The notes below the pieces were generated by a model that saw only the letters and a list, made by a program, of their open reading frames with translations, did not search any database and was not told the DNA's origin. Positions 1 to 8,951 of a stretch of DNA of 64,000 nucleotides are shown here, piece by piece. Each line of letters opens with the position of its first letter. Position 1 is the first letter of the stretch. A program made the position numbers and the translations under genes. The stretch spans positions 96,001-160,000 of the forward strand of contig CANJVR010000005.1 in the NCBI GenBank assembly GCA_947478395.1, written 5' to 3'. The stretch is from Opitutia bacterium. Its GTDB lineage: Bacteria > Verrucomicrobiota > Verrucomicrobiia > Opitutales > Opitutaceae.

Positions 1-365
1 TTGGCGAGGGAGTCGAGTGCGACGTTGGTCGCGTTCGCGAGCTTTTCCATCTGCACGCCGACTTGCTGCAACGTCTCGGTCTTCGAGCTGGCGATCGCGG
101 ACTTCAGGTTGCGATTCAGATCCGCGATGGCCTCGTTGAGCTGGAAGACCGTGGCAAAATTTCTTTCGACCGACCCGGCCTTGCCGCGCAGCTCGTGGTT
201 TTCGCGTTCGAGTTGTTCCACTTTGAGCGAAAGCGCCCCGAGGCGCTGCGAAAGATCGCGGACATCTTCCCGCAGGTTCGCCAGATCGGCCTGAGGGAAT
301 GCGGGGGAAACGAGACCAAAAACGACTAAAACGCCGGCAAGCCGGCGGTACGAAAACAAGCGCAT
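1..365 (-). CDS. Secreted coiled-coil protein, partial (runs off the window start); possibly the N-terminus of a LysM-domain protein
   Basis: Own translation from ATG at 365: MRLFSYRRLAGVLVVFGLVSPAFPQADLANLREDVRDLSQRLGALSLKVEQLERENHELR..., a signal peptide followed by heptad coiled coil, open to position 1. Not in the ORF track. LysM is inferred, not visible here. Confidence 0.7.
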   Translation of the reverse strand, partial: MRLFSYRRLAGVLVVFGLVSPAFPQADLANLREDVRDLSQRLGALSLKVEQLERENHELRGKAGSVERNFATVFQLNEAIADLNRNLKSAIASSKTETLQQVGVQMEKLANATNVALDSLA

Positions 366-486
366 GGGCCTAAGCTTGGAAAATGCGGGCACGAAAACAA
401 GCGGCTTGTGCGGCCGGTCGATCGGTTCGAGCGAATACGTAGAGATTTGAGTTTTAGGCGGCGAAAATTCCTTCCACGCTCCCCGC

Positions 487-1077
487 ATGAACTACCCCTC
501 GTTCGCCCGCTTCTTTGCCGTCGCTTGTGCATTGGCTGTCCGGTTAAGCGCCCAGAGTTTCACGCCGGAACCCGGATTCACCGCGCTTTTCAACGGCCGG
601 GATCTCACCGGCTGGCACCATAAGGATCCCGCCACCTTCGTCGACGGTCCGGCGCTCGATGGCAAAAACGATCCGGGCGACGGACGTTACTCGATCAAGG
701 ACGGCGCGCTCGTGGGCAACGATCAGAAGGCGGAAAAGGGCCGCGTGCTTCTGTGGACGACAAAAGAATTTAAGGGCAATTTTGTCGTGCGCTTTGAATT
801 TAAGGCCGCCGAGAAAACCGACGGCGGGCTTTTCTTCAACAAGACCCAGCTCCAATGCGGCGACTACAGCAGCTACGCCTACAAAAACTGCAAAGCCTAC
901 CGCCCGCTCGACTGGAACGCGATCGAGGTGACCGTCCAGGACGGCGTCGCCCGCGCCACGTGCAACGGCGAGCTGCTCACCGATTCCCTGAAAATCGTCG
1001 AGCCGGGCCAGCTCGGTTTCGAAAGCGATAAAGGTGCGATCAGTTATCGCAGCCTCCGGTTCAAAACACTGCCATAG
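487..1077 (+). CDS. DUF1080 / 3-keto-disaccharide hydrolase family protein, secreted
   Basis: Signal peptide; GFTALFNGRDLTGW, F..RFEFK, WNAIEVTV, NGE, G.LGFES, ISYRSLR motifs. Confidence 0.85.
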   Translation: MNYPSFARFFAVACALAVRLSAQSFTPEPGFTALFNGRDLTGWHHKDPATFVDGPALDGKNDPGDGRYSIKDGALVGNDQKAEKGRVLLWTTKEFKGNFVVRFEFKAAEKTDGGLFFNKTQLQCGDYSSYAYKNCKAYRPLDWNAIEVTVQDGVARATCNGELLTDSLKIVEPGQLGFESDKGAISYRSLRFKTLP

Positions 1078-1359
1078 GCGAGCGCTGCGACCCGACGATC
1101 CCGCCGGAGCCATATAATAGAGCGCATCTAAAACTTATGTTTTCAACGTAGCAGAGGCCGTGGGGTTTACCCGCCACTGGCGGCGCCAGAGACAACCATG
1201 CTTTCGGAGGATCTCCTCCGAACCGCCCCCTGTTCCGCTAGCCTAGAATTCTGATGCGGGGCTTTTGAAACTCCCTTCAACAATTCGTCGCTCCAGACTT
1301 GGCGTCGAGCAGGCGTTCGCCATGTTGGCCTCCTTAAAGTTTCTTTTCATTCCTCTATT

Positions 1360-2742
1360 ATGAAACGTTTACCCCTGTACCTGTTCTCCGCGCTTCTCGC
1401 CTCTCACGGACTCCGCGCCGTCGATAGCCCGCCGGCTCCGACCAAAGTCGACGGCTACACTTTCGTTAAAACCGTCGGCGATCTTTCCGAGTACACCCTC
1501 GATTCCAACGGGCTCAGCGTGTTGCTCATGCCCGAGCACTCGAGTCCTACGCTCACCTTCATGGTGACGTATCGCGTCGGCTCGAAAAACGAAGTCACCG
1601 GCACGACCGGATCGACCCACCTCCTCGAGCATCTGATGTTCAAGGGGACCGAGAAATTTCTTCGCTCCAAAAACACCGGGGTCGATCAGCTCTTGGAAAA
1701 AACCGGCGCGCAATACAACGCCACAACGTGGCTCGATCGCACCAATTACTACGAAAACATGGGCAGCGAACACCTCGCGCTCGCCGTTGAAATGGAGGCC
1801 GATCGCATGCGCCACCTCCTGCTCCTCGACACCGACCGCCAGCCCGAGATGACCGTCGTGCGCAACGAATTCGAACGCGGCGAAAATTCGCCGTTCCAAG
1901 CGCTCATCAAGGAAATCTTCCAGGCCGGCTTTGTCGCCCATCCGTACCACCATTCCACCATCGGCTGGCGCAGCGACATCGAGAAAGTCTCCATCGAGAA
2001 ACTCCGCGAATTCTACGATACGTTTTACTGGCCGGACAACGCCACCGTGTCGGTCATCGGCGACTTTCAGCCGGCCGACGCCCTCGGCCTGATCAAAAAA
2101 TTCTACGGCGTCTATCCCCGCGCACCGAAACCGATCCCGACGGTCTACACCGAGGAGCCCGAACAGACCGGTGCGCGTCGCGTCATCGTTAAACGCGCCG
2201 GCCAGCTGGGCGTGGTGGCCATCGGTCACAAGATTCCCGCCGCCACGCACCGCGACTACGCCGCGTATGCCATGCTCAGCGCCATTCTCGCCGACGGAAA
2301 AAACAGCCGCCTCTACAAGGCGATCACCGACAAAAATCTTTCGACCGGAGTGCAGTCGTTCGCCGGTTTCAACCACGACACCTCGATGCACATCATCTTC
2401 GTGCCGCTCGCTCCCGGCGCACTGCACGATCAAGTGGAAAAAATCGCGCTCGAGGAAATTGACCGTCTGAAAAAGGACGGTGTGACGGAAGCCGAGCTGC
2501 AGGCCGCGATCGCCAAGACCCTCGCCGACGCCGCCTTTCAACGCGACGGCTCCTTCGCCATCGCCGGCAATCTGAACGAGTGCATCGCCGCTGGCGATTG
2601 GTCGCTCTTCTACAATCTCGAAGTCGCCACGAAGAAGGTCACCGCCGCCGACGTGAAGCGCGTCGCCAACGAATTCATGAACGTCGACCAGAGCACAACC
2701 GGTTGGTTCGTTCCCACTCAGCCCGGCGCGCCCAAGAAATAA
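1360..2742 (+). CDS. M16 family zinc peptidase, catalytic subunit
   Basis: Inverted zinc motif HLLEH within THLLEHLMFKGT; NATT..DRTNYY; VVRNE; HPY....IGW; signal peptide. Confidence 0.93.
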   Translation: MKRLPLYLFSALLASHGLRAVDSPPAPTKVDGYTFVKTVGDLSEYTLDSNGLSVLLMPEHSSPTLTFMVTYRVGSKNEVTGTTGSTHLLEHLMFKGTEKFLRSKNTGVDQLLEKTGAQYNATTWLDRTNYYENMGSEHLALAVEMEADRMRHLLLLDTDRQPEMTVVRNEFERGENSPFQALIKEIFQAGFVAHPYHHSTIGWRSDIEKVSIEKLREFYDTFYWPDNATVSVIGDFQPADALGLIKKFYGVYPRAPKPIPTVYTEEPEQTGARRVIVKRAGQLGVVAIGHKIPAATHRDYAAYAMLSAILADGKNSRLYKAITDKNLSTGVQSFAGFNHDTSMHIIFVPLAPGALHDQVEKIALEEIDRLKKDGVTEAELQAAIAKTLADAAFQRDGSFAIAGNLNECIAAGDWSLFYNLEVATKKVTAADVKRVANEFMNVDQSTTGWFVPTQPGAPKK

Positions 2743-2763
2743 TTTTCAAATTCAATTCTCCCG

Positions 2764-4140
2764 ATGAAAACCGTTTTCCGCCTCTGCCTCCTCGCCGTCT
2801 GCTCCGCCGCGATTCTTTCCGCCCAACCCCAAACTCAAAATCTAAAACCCGGAACCGGCGCGAGCGGCATCGCCGCCCGCGCGATTCGCACGAAGATCGC
2901 CGGCCTCGACGTCATCGCCTACCCGACCGGCGTGAAAGAAGTCGTCACCATCAAGGCCTCGCTGCCGGCCGGCGACGCGTTCGCCGGCGAAGGCAATGTC
3001 GCCATCCCTACCCTCACGAGCATGCTGCTCGATCAGGGCACGACGAAACAGGACAAGTTCGCCATCGCGGAAAAACTCGAATCCGTCGGCGCAACGATCG
3101 ACTTCACCGTCGGCACCCAGATGGCCGAAATCAGCGCCAAGTGCCTCAAGAAGGACGTCGCCCTGGTCATTGGACTCATCGCCGAACAACTCCGGACCCC
3201 CGCGCTGACGGCCGAGGAATTCGACAAGGCCAAGAAACAATTCATCGGGGGACTGCAACGCCAGTTGGAGGACACGAACTTCCGCGCGACCGATGCTTTC
3301 ACGCGGGCCGTCTATCCGCTCGGCCATCCCAACCACAACCCGTCTCCCGCTGAGTACGTTGCCGCCGCCGAGAGCGCGAAGCTCGAAGACGTGGTCGCCT
3401 TCCATAAGAAATATTATGGCCCCGCACATTGTACGGTCGTCGTCGTCGGCGACCTCGACATCCCGCAAATCCAAAGCGAACTGGGCAAGGCATTCGCCGG
3501 CTGGACGGGAGGCGTCGCTCTCATTCGCCCCGCCAAGGCGACCACGACGGACGCGTCACGCGATCAGAATGTTTTCATGCCGGAAAAAACCAGCGTCACG
3601 GTGGTCATGGGCCAAACCAGCGGCCTGCGCTACAGCGATCCCGATTATCAAGCGCTACGTGTTGCCACCGCCATTCTAGGCAGCGGCTTTACGGGTCGCC
3701 TGATGGCGAACGTCCGCGACAAGGAAGGTCTCACCTACGGCATCAGTTCGAGTCTCGCGCATGATACGTTCAGCGACGGCGATTGGAAAATTCAGGCCAC
3801 ATTTTCCCCTGCTCTCATGGAGAAAGGCATCGCATCGACCAAGCGTCAGCTCACGAGCTGGTATGAAACCGGAGTCACGAGCGATGAAGTGGAACGCCGC
3901 AAAAGCAATCTGGTGGGCAGTTTCAAAGTCGGCCTCGCCACGACCGACGGGCTCGCCGGCGCGATGCTCAGCGCAGTCCATCGCGGCTACGATGTAAGCT
4001 GGCTCGACGAATATCCCGGGAAGGTCAACGCCCTCACCACCGACCAGGTAAACGGCGCCATCAAAAAATATCTGAAGCCGGAAAATTTCTACGTAGTCAA
4101 AGCCGGCACCGTGCCCGGCGGCGCGCCCGCAACGAAGTGA
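2764..4140 (+). CDS. M16 family peptidase, non-catalytic partner subunit
   Basis: M16 fold features without HxxEH (TLTSMLLDQG); RL...VRDKEGLTY substrate-binding R/Y pair; directly follows the catalytic subunit. Confidence 0.9.
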   Translation: MKTVFRLCLLAVCSAAILSAQPQTQNLKPGTGASGIAARAIRTKIAGLDVIAYPTGVKEVVTIKASLPAGDAFAGEGNVAIPTLTSMLLDQGTTKQDKFAIAEKLESVGATIDFTVGTQMAEISAKCLKKDVALVIGLIAEQLRTPALTAEEFDKAKKQFIGGLQRQLEDTNFRATDAFTRAVYPLGHPNHNPSPAEYVAAAESAKLEDVVAFHKKYYGPAHCTVVVVGDLDIPQIQSELGKAFAGWTGGVALIRPAKATTTDASRDQNVFMPEKTSVTVVMGQTSGLRYSDPDYQALRVATAILGSGFTGRLMANVRDKEGLTYGISSSLAHDTFSDGDWKIQATFSPALMEKGIASTKRQLTSWYETGVTSDEVERRKSNLVGSFKVGLATTDGLAGAMLSAVHRGYDVSWLDEYPGKVNALTTDQVNGAIKKYLKPENFYVVKAGTVPGGAPATK

Positions 4141-4651
4141 TCGTGTAAGGCCGGAGACCGGAGCCAACGGAATTTTAGCCCCCAAAAGGCCCAAAAAATC
4201 CGTCGGCTTCGGCGAACCGCCAATACGCCTAAGGGCGCGCGGTGATCAGGGGCCTAGGGCGCAAATAGTTTTGAGCCTCGGCGTGGCGAATGCTCCGAGG
4301 TTTGAATTCACGTCGGCGATTCCAAGCCCAACTCCCGCCATTCGATTTTGGCGCAGCGCGTTGTCGCGCCAAACGGGCACGGTCGCGTGCAGCTCCTGCT
4401 CCCGGGCGCGGGTCTCGACGACGAAACTTGATCGACCAGACCGAACGCGCGCATTCAACGGGGCGATTTCTTCTCCTTCATCATTGGCTCAAAAGCACGC
4501 GCCGGCAGAGCCCTTTCCATCAGACCTGGAACCGCCTCAGCACTTCGTGCGCCGCACCGAGCCTGCGCCGGGACAGGCCGTGCTCGATTGGCAAACGCTG
4601 ACCAACCATCCCGAGTTGCACTGAATTCGAATCCCGCCGAGCGAGCACAAC

Positions 4652-5974
4652 TTACACCCGGCCCACCACCAACGACGCGTTGGTGCCGCCGAAGCCAAAA
4701 CTGTTCGCCAGCGCGTAATTCACCGGCTTGGACACCGCCACGTTCGCGGTGAAGTTCAGCCCGAGCGCGGCACACGTCGGATCAATTTTTTCCAAATTGA
4801 TCGTCGGCGGAATCACGCCGTGGTGCACCGCCAGCGTGGCGGCCAGCGCTCCGAGCGCCCCCGCGCCACCGAGCAAGTGACCCGTCATCGATTTCACGCC
4901 GCTCACGTGCAGCGCGGATTTGTTTGTGGCGAAAACGGCCGCGATCGCCGCCGCCTCCTCGCCGTCGCCGCCAGGAGTCGAGGTCGCGTGCGCAGAAACA
5001 TAATCCACTTTCGCGGGAGAAACCCCGGCGTCCGCCAATGCCTGCACCATTGCCCGCCGCGAGCCTTCCGCTTCGGGCGCCAGCGCCGACAAATGATACG
5101 CATCGCCGGAGGCCGCGTAACCGCTGAGCTCGGCATAAATCCGGGCGCCACGAGCCTTCGCGTGCTCGTATTCTTCCAATACAAACGCCACCGCGCCCTC
5201 GCCAATCACGAAGCCGTCGCGATCCACATCGTAGGGCCGCGAGGCCTTTTCGGGCGCATCGTTGCGCGTCGAAAGCGCACGCATCTGCGCAAACGCGCCG
5301 ACCGAAAGCGGGCTGATCGCCGCCTCGGAACCGCCCGCGATCATCACGTCGGCCTCGCCGCGCTGGATGACGCGCAAGGATTCGCCGAGCGAATGCCCGC
5401 TGGTCGCGCAGGCCGCGGTGTTGCTCATGTTAGGCCCCCGCGCGTCGAGTAGGATGGCGAGTTGTCCCGACAGAATATTCGGCGCGACCTGCAAAATAAA
5501 AAACGGGGAAATCTTGCGAAAACCGCCCGTCTTCCAGGTGTCGTGCATCGCCTCGATTTCCGGCAGGCCGCCGAGGCCCACGCCCATGTTGATGGCCAGC
5601 CGCTCCGCGGGCATCGTCGCCCGCACGGCATCGAGACCAGAATCGACGTACGCTTCGAGTCCCGCGCCCAAACCGAGATGAGTGAAGCGACCTAGTTTTT
5701 TTACTTCCTTCGGTGAGAGCGCCGCCGTCACCGGCTCGCCCGCCGCGCCGCGGGGATGAACCGGAGTCGCGATCGGTTTTGTCGGATCAAAATTCTTCAC
5801 CTCGCCCGCGATTTGGGCCGTGCACGCGGTGGCGTCGAAACGCGTGATCCGGCCAATCCCGCTCCGCCCCGCCGTCAGAGCAGCCCACGTGTCCGCCACG
5901 GAATTTCCCACCGGCGTCACCGCGCCCAATCCCGTGATCACCACCCGACGACGATTTTGCTGTGTTGTACTCAT
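4652..5974 (-). CDS. fabF: Beta-ketoacyl-ACP synthase II
   Basis: RRVVITGLG, catalytic Cys (AACATS), His (SAHATST), His (KSMTGHLLG), NSFGFGGTNA; ATG at 5974 preferred over GTG at 5995. Confidence 0.93.
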   Translation of the reverse strand: MSTTQQNRRRVVITGLGAVTPVGNSVADTWAALTAGRSGIGRITRFDATACTAQIAGEVKNFDPTKPIATPVHPRGAAGEPVTAALSPKEVKKLGRFTHLGLGAGLEAYVDSGLDAVRATMPAERLAINMGVGLGGLPEIEAMHDTWKTGGFRKISPFFILQVAPNILSGQLAILLDARGPNMSNTAACATSGHSLGESLRVIQRGEADVMIAGGSEAAISPLSVGAFAQMRALSTRNDAPEKASRPYDVDRDGFVIGEGAVAFVLEEYEHAKARGARIYAELSGYAASGDAYHLSALAPEAEGSRRAMVQALADAGVSPAKVDYVSAHATSTPGGDGEEAAAIAAVFATNKSALHVSGVKSMTGHLLGGAGALGALAATLAVHHGVIPPTINLEKIDPTCAALGLNFTANVAVSKPVNYALANSFGFGGTNASLVVGRV

Positions 5975-6006
5975 AAAATTTGCCCGCGCGGTCACGCCGC
6001 TCCGAG

Positions 6007-6096
6007 GTAGGGCGCGTTATCCTTAACGCGCCGGTTACGCTCAGCTTTTCCCGTGAACTCGAATCGCTGCGGCGGGTTAAGGATAACCCGCCCTAC
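6007..6096. repeat. REPIN-like doublet: two inverted GTAG-type REPs (family REP1)
   Basis: gtagggcgcgttatccttaacgcgccg (6007-6033) and inverted cggcgggttaaggataacccgccctac (6070-6096); same REP flanks the RAYT at 45809 and 46308. Confidence 0.9.
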
Positions 6097-6125
6097 CTTC
6101 GAATCAGTTGCTCGCGGCATCGCTT

Positions 6126-6710
6126 TCACCGGCAGAACTCCTCCCGCAACATGCGCCGGGCCGAACTCAGCAGCGCATCGCTCCGCGCCGGCGTATCGGC
6201 CGCACGCGCAAACAGCAGCGCGCCCACGAGCGAACTCATCAAATGGGTCACGAGATCGCGGTTCTTCTCCGGGTCGCGGGCGAGCCGCAGCGCCGCGCAC
6301 AAGCGATCGAGATGGCGCGCAAATCCTTTCGCGTAACCGGAGCGACCCGCACTATCGAGCCGCGCCATATCCGCGCCTACCGTCACCACGAGACAGCCCG
6401 AGCCGCGATTGTCGCGATGCCGCGCCGAAAGATAGCTATCAATCAACAGCCGCGCCCGCTTAGCGCCCGTGGGGCGCGCCGCGATCCGGTCGAGATTCTC
6501 GACCGCGGCGTCGAAGGCATCGGCACATGCCTCCGCGACCAGTTCGGCCTTGTCGCTGAAGTGCGCGTAAAATCCGCCATGCGTCAGTCCTGCCCGCCGC
6601 ATCACCTCGTCCACGCCGGTCCCCTCGACCCCCCGCTCGCGAAACGCCGCGCTCGCCGCCGCGACGATGCGGTGACGGGTGATGCGTTTATGATCGGGCG
6701 CGTAACGCAT
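6126..6710 (-). CDS. TetR/AcrR family transcriptional regulator
   Basis: N-terminal HTH: IVAAAS..FRERG..GTGVDEVMRRAGLTHGGFYAHF.DK; GC motif in C-domain. Confidence 0.93.
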   Translation of the reverse strand: MRYAPDHKRITRHRIVAAASAAFRERGVEGTGVDEVMRRAGLTHGGFYAHFSDKAELVAEACADAFDAAVENLDRIAARPTGAKRARLLIDSYLSARHRDNRGSGCLVVTVGADMARLDSAGRSGYAKGFARHLDRLCAALRLARDPEKNRDLVTHLMSSLVGALLFARAADTPARSDALLSSARRMLREEFCR

Positions 6711-6733
6711 GGATTGAGGCGATCAACGTTGGC

Positions 6734-6747
6734 ATGACGCTCGTCAT
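6734..6747. promoter_or_regulatory. Putative TetR operator
   Basis: Perfect inverted repeat ATGACG-ct-CGTCAT 24-37 bp upstream of the tetR ATG. Confidence 0.55.
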
Positions 6748-6871
6748 ATCAACCCAAAAGGTAGGGTGATTATCAAATCGCAGTCTCAGCGTAGCGGAAG
6801 CCGTGCGGCATTCTAAAGTCTCTCGCGCCACGCCGGCGCGTTCCGCCGCGCGAAATTCGATTCGAGGCTTT

Positions 6872-7012
6872 TAGATCGGTTAAACCAAAAACGTAGCCGC
6901 TAAATACGTAGACGCAGGCGTCCCTGACGGCCGAAACGTAGCCGCCGAATGCGGCAGGCAGAGACGCCTGCCGCTACACCATACCGCCAAGGAAAAAACT
7001 TAAACCGCTCTA
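6872..7012 (+). mobile_element. ~140-bp MITE-like element with internal REP2 doublet, copy A
   Basis: Ends tagatcggttaaacc ... ttaaaccgctcta; internal gtagacgcaggcgtccctgacggcc ... ggcaggcagagacgcctgccgctac; collinear with copies at 14402, 25075, 33530, 60096. Confidence 0.8.
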
Positions 7013-7084
7013 CACGCCATCGCCGCGCAGAGACGTCGCCTCGGCTTTGACATCCCGCGCTGCGCCCGCTTTCCTCCGGCACCT

Positions 7085-7594
7085 TTGAATTCGCCGCAGC
7101 AGCTTCATCCTTATTGGCGCATGGAATACATCGAGGCGCCGCGTTATCCCGCCGCGCACCGGCGCCCGTTTAGCGAACTCCCCGCGCTCGGGGACGACCG
7201 CGCGGCTCTGATCGTGCACCGCTCCGCGCTCTCCTATCTCATTCTCAACCGGTTTCCCTACAATCCCGGGCATCTGCTCGTCGTTCCGTTTCGCGAGGTG
7301 TCAGACTTGATCGAGCTCACCCCGGTCGAGCGCGCCGATCTGATGGAGGAATTGGTCTTCGGCCAAAAGCTGCTGAACGCCACCCTCAAGCCCGACGGCA
7401 TCAACTGCGGCTTCAATCTCGGCTCCGCCGCCGGTGGCAGCATCGCCCACCTTCACGGGCACCTCGTTCCCCGCTGGAACGGTGATAACAACTTCATGCC
7501 CGTCCTCGCACATACCCGCATTCTGCCGCAGGCGCTCGACGCCACGTGGGAAAGACTTGCCGCGGCGGCGGCGGCGATGACGAATGTCGAATGA
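7085..7594 (+). CDS. HIT family nucleotide hydrolase (Ap4A phosphorylase-like)
   Basis: WRMEYI, LNRFPYNPGHLLVVP, G.N.G.NLG.AAG, histidine triad HLHGHLVPRW.GD.NFM. Confidence 0.9.
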   Translation: MNSPQQLHPYWRMEYIEAPRYPAAHRRPFSELPALGDDRAALIVHRSALSYLILNRFPYNPGHLLVVPFREVSDLIELTPVERADLMEELVFGQKLLNATLKPDGINCGFNLGSAAGGSIAHLHGHLVPRWNGDNNFMPVLAHTRILPQALDATWERLAAAAAAMTNVE

Positions 7595-7722
7595 TGCCGG
7601 GCCCGCTCCAGGATCAAAGCGCGTGACTCCGGCTTCCCCATTCTTGCACCCGTCCTAATTGATCAAATCCGCCTACGCCTCGCCCCACATCATTCGACAT
7701 TAGGCATTCGTTATCCGTCCCT

Positions 7723-8727
7723 TTGCCCTCGAAAACCCTGCATTTTCCCAGCGCGCGGCATCTCAGCCAGCTCTACGTCAGCGATCAGCAAAATCTGCTC
7801 CTCGTCGAACGCCTGCTCGGAGTCCGACTGATCACCCGGGAAGACTGGTTGAAAATCGAACCCGTCAGCGATGCCGTTACATCGGCCGCCGACCCGGTCG
7901 AGCTCGCCGCCGATTTTTTCAACTTTCTCCACACGGCCCGCACGCAGGGGCTGGCCCTCCGCGCCCCTGATTTCGCACGTCTGCTCGAGCAATTTGCGCG
8001 CGGCGAAGGCGCCAGTCTGCGGGCGCTGTACGAATCACCCGTCGTGATCGCGACCAACCGTAAAACGATCATTCCAAAAACGCTCGGGCAAAAACTCTAC
8101 CTCCAGTCCATCCTCAAAAACCCCGTCGTCTTCGGCATCGGTCCTGCCGGCACGGGCAAGACTTACCTGGCCATGGCGGCCGCCGTTTCCGCGCTCCTTC
8201 AAAACCAGGTTCAGCGCATCATCCTGACCCGCCCCGCCGTCGAGGCGGGCGAGGCTCTCGGCTTCCTTCCCGGCGATCTGCGCGAGAAAATTTTGCCGTA
8301 TCTCCGCCCGTTGTATGACGCGTTGCAGGACATGCTTTCGGCCGAGGATATCTCGAAGCTCACGGAAAAAGGTGTGATCGAAATCGCACCGCTCGCCTAC
8401 ATGCGCGGACGCACACTCTCCAACGCCTTCATCGTCTTGGACGAGGCGCAGAACACCACGCCCGAGCAGATGATGATGTTCCTCACGCGGCTCGGCGAGG
8501 AGTCGCGCATGGTCGTGACCGGTGACATCACGCAGATCGACCTGCCGCGCTCGAAGCAGAGCGGTCTGCTCGAGGTCCGCCAAATCCTGCGCGACATTCC
8601 TGGGATCGATTTCCACACGTTCAGCGGCACCGACGTCGTCCGCCATCCCCTCGTGCTTAAAATTATCGAAGCCTACGAAGCCTATCGCTGCCCGATCGGC
8701 AGCGAGACCAGTGAAGAAAAGCGGTAA
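7723..8727 (+). CDS. phoH: PhoH family ATPase (YbeZ-like)
   Basis: GPAGTGKTYLA, LTRPAVEAGE.LGFLPGD, LAYMRGRTL, DEAQN, GD.TQIDLP, VVRHPLV. Confidence 0.95.
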   Translation: MPSKTLHFPSARHLSQLYVSDQQNLLLVERLLGVRLITREDWLKIEPVSDAVTSAADPVELAADFFNFLHTARTQGLALRAPDFARLLEQFARGEGASLRALYESPVVIATNRKTIIPKTLGQKLYLQSILKNPVVFGIGPAGTGKTYLAMAAAVSALLQNQVQRIILTRPAVEAGEALGFLPGDLREKILPYLRPLYDALQDMLSAEDISKLTEKGVIEIAPLAYMRGRTLSNAFIVLDEAQNTTPEQMMMFLTRLGEESRMVVTGDITQIDLPRSKQSGLLEVRQILRDIPGIDFHTFSGTDVVRHPLVLKIIEAYEAYRCPIGSETSEEKR

Positions 8728-8951
8728 GTACCGATCGGAAAAATCCGCCGTCCGTTGGCCAGCGCGCTCGTAAGCCGGCCGTCATGGGGCGTCCGCTTGG
8801 GTTTACCCCCGCGCACTATTATAGAACGAGGCCCTGCCAAAGCCGGAATCGCGCTCCTTCAAAACGCAAGAGCACCCAAATCAGGCGTTTGCGTCTGGTT
8901 CTCAATTAACGCCTGACGTTCAGTCTTTCTTTCCCCACGTTCCCTCGAGTC

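Noticed and set aside
1108..1270. Possible further MITE starting tagagcgcatctaaaa
   Set aside because: The matching right end is too degenerate and no second copy was found in the window
4246..4624. Short ORFs between the M16 pair and fabF (faint thioesterase-like or C-terminal-remnant appearance)
   Set aside because: No convincing motif on either strand; may be a decayed gene but cannot be supported
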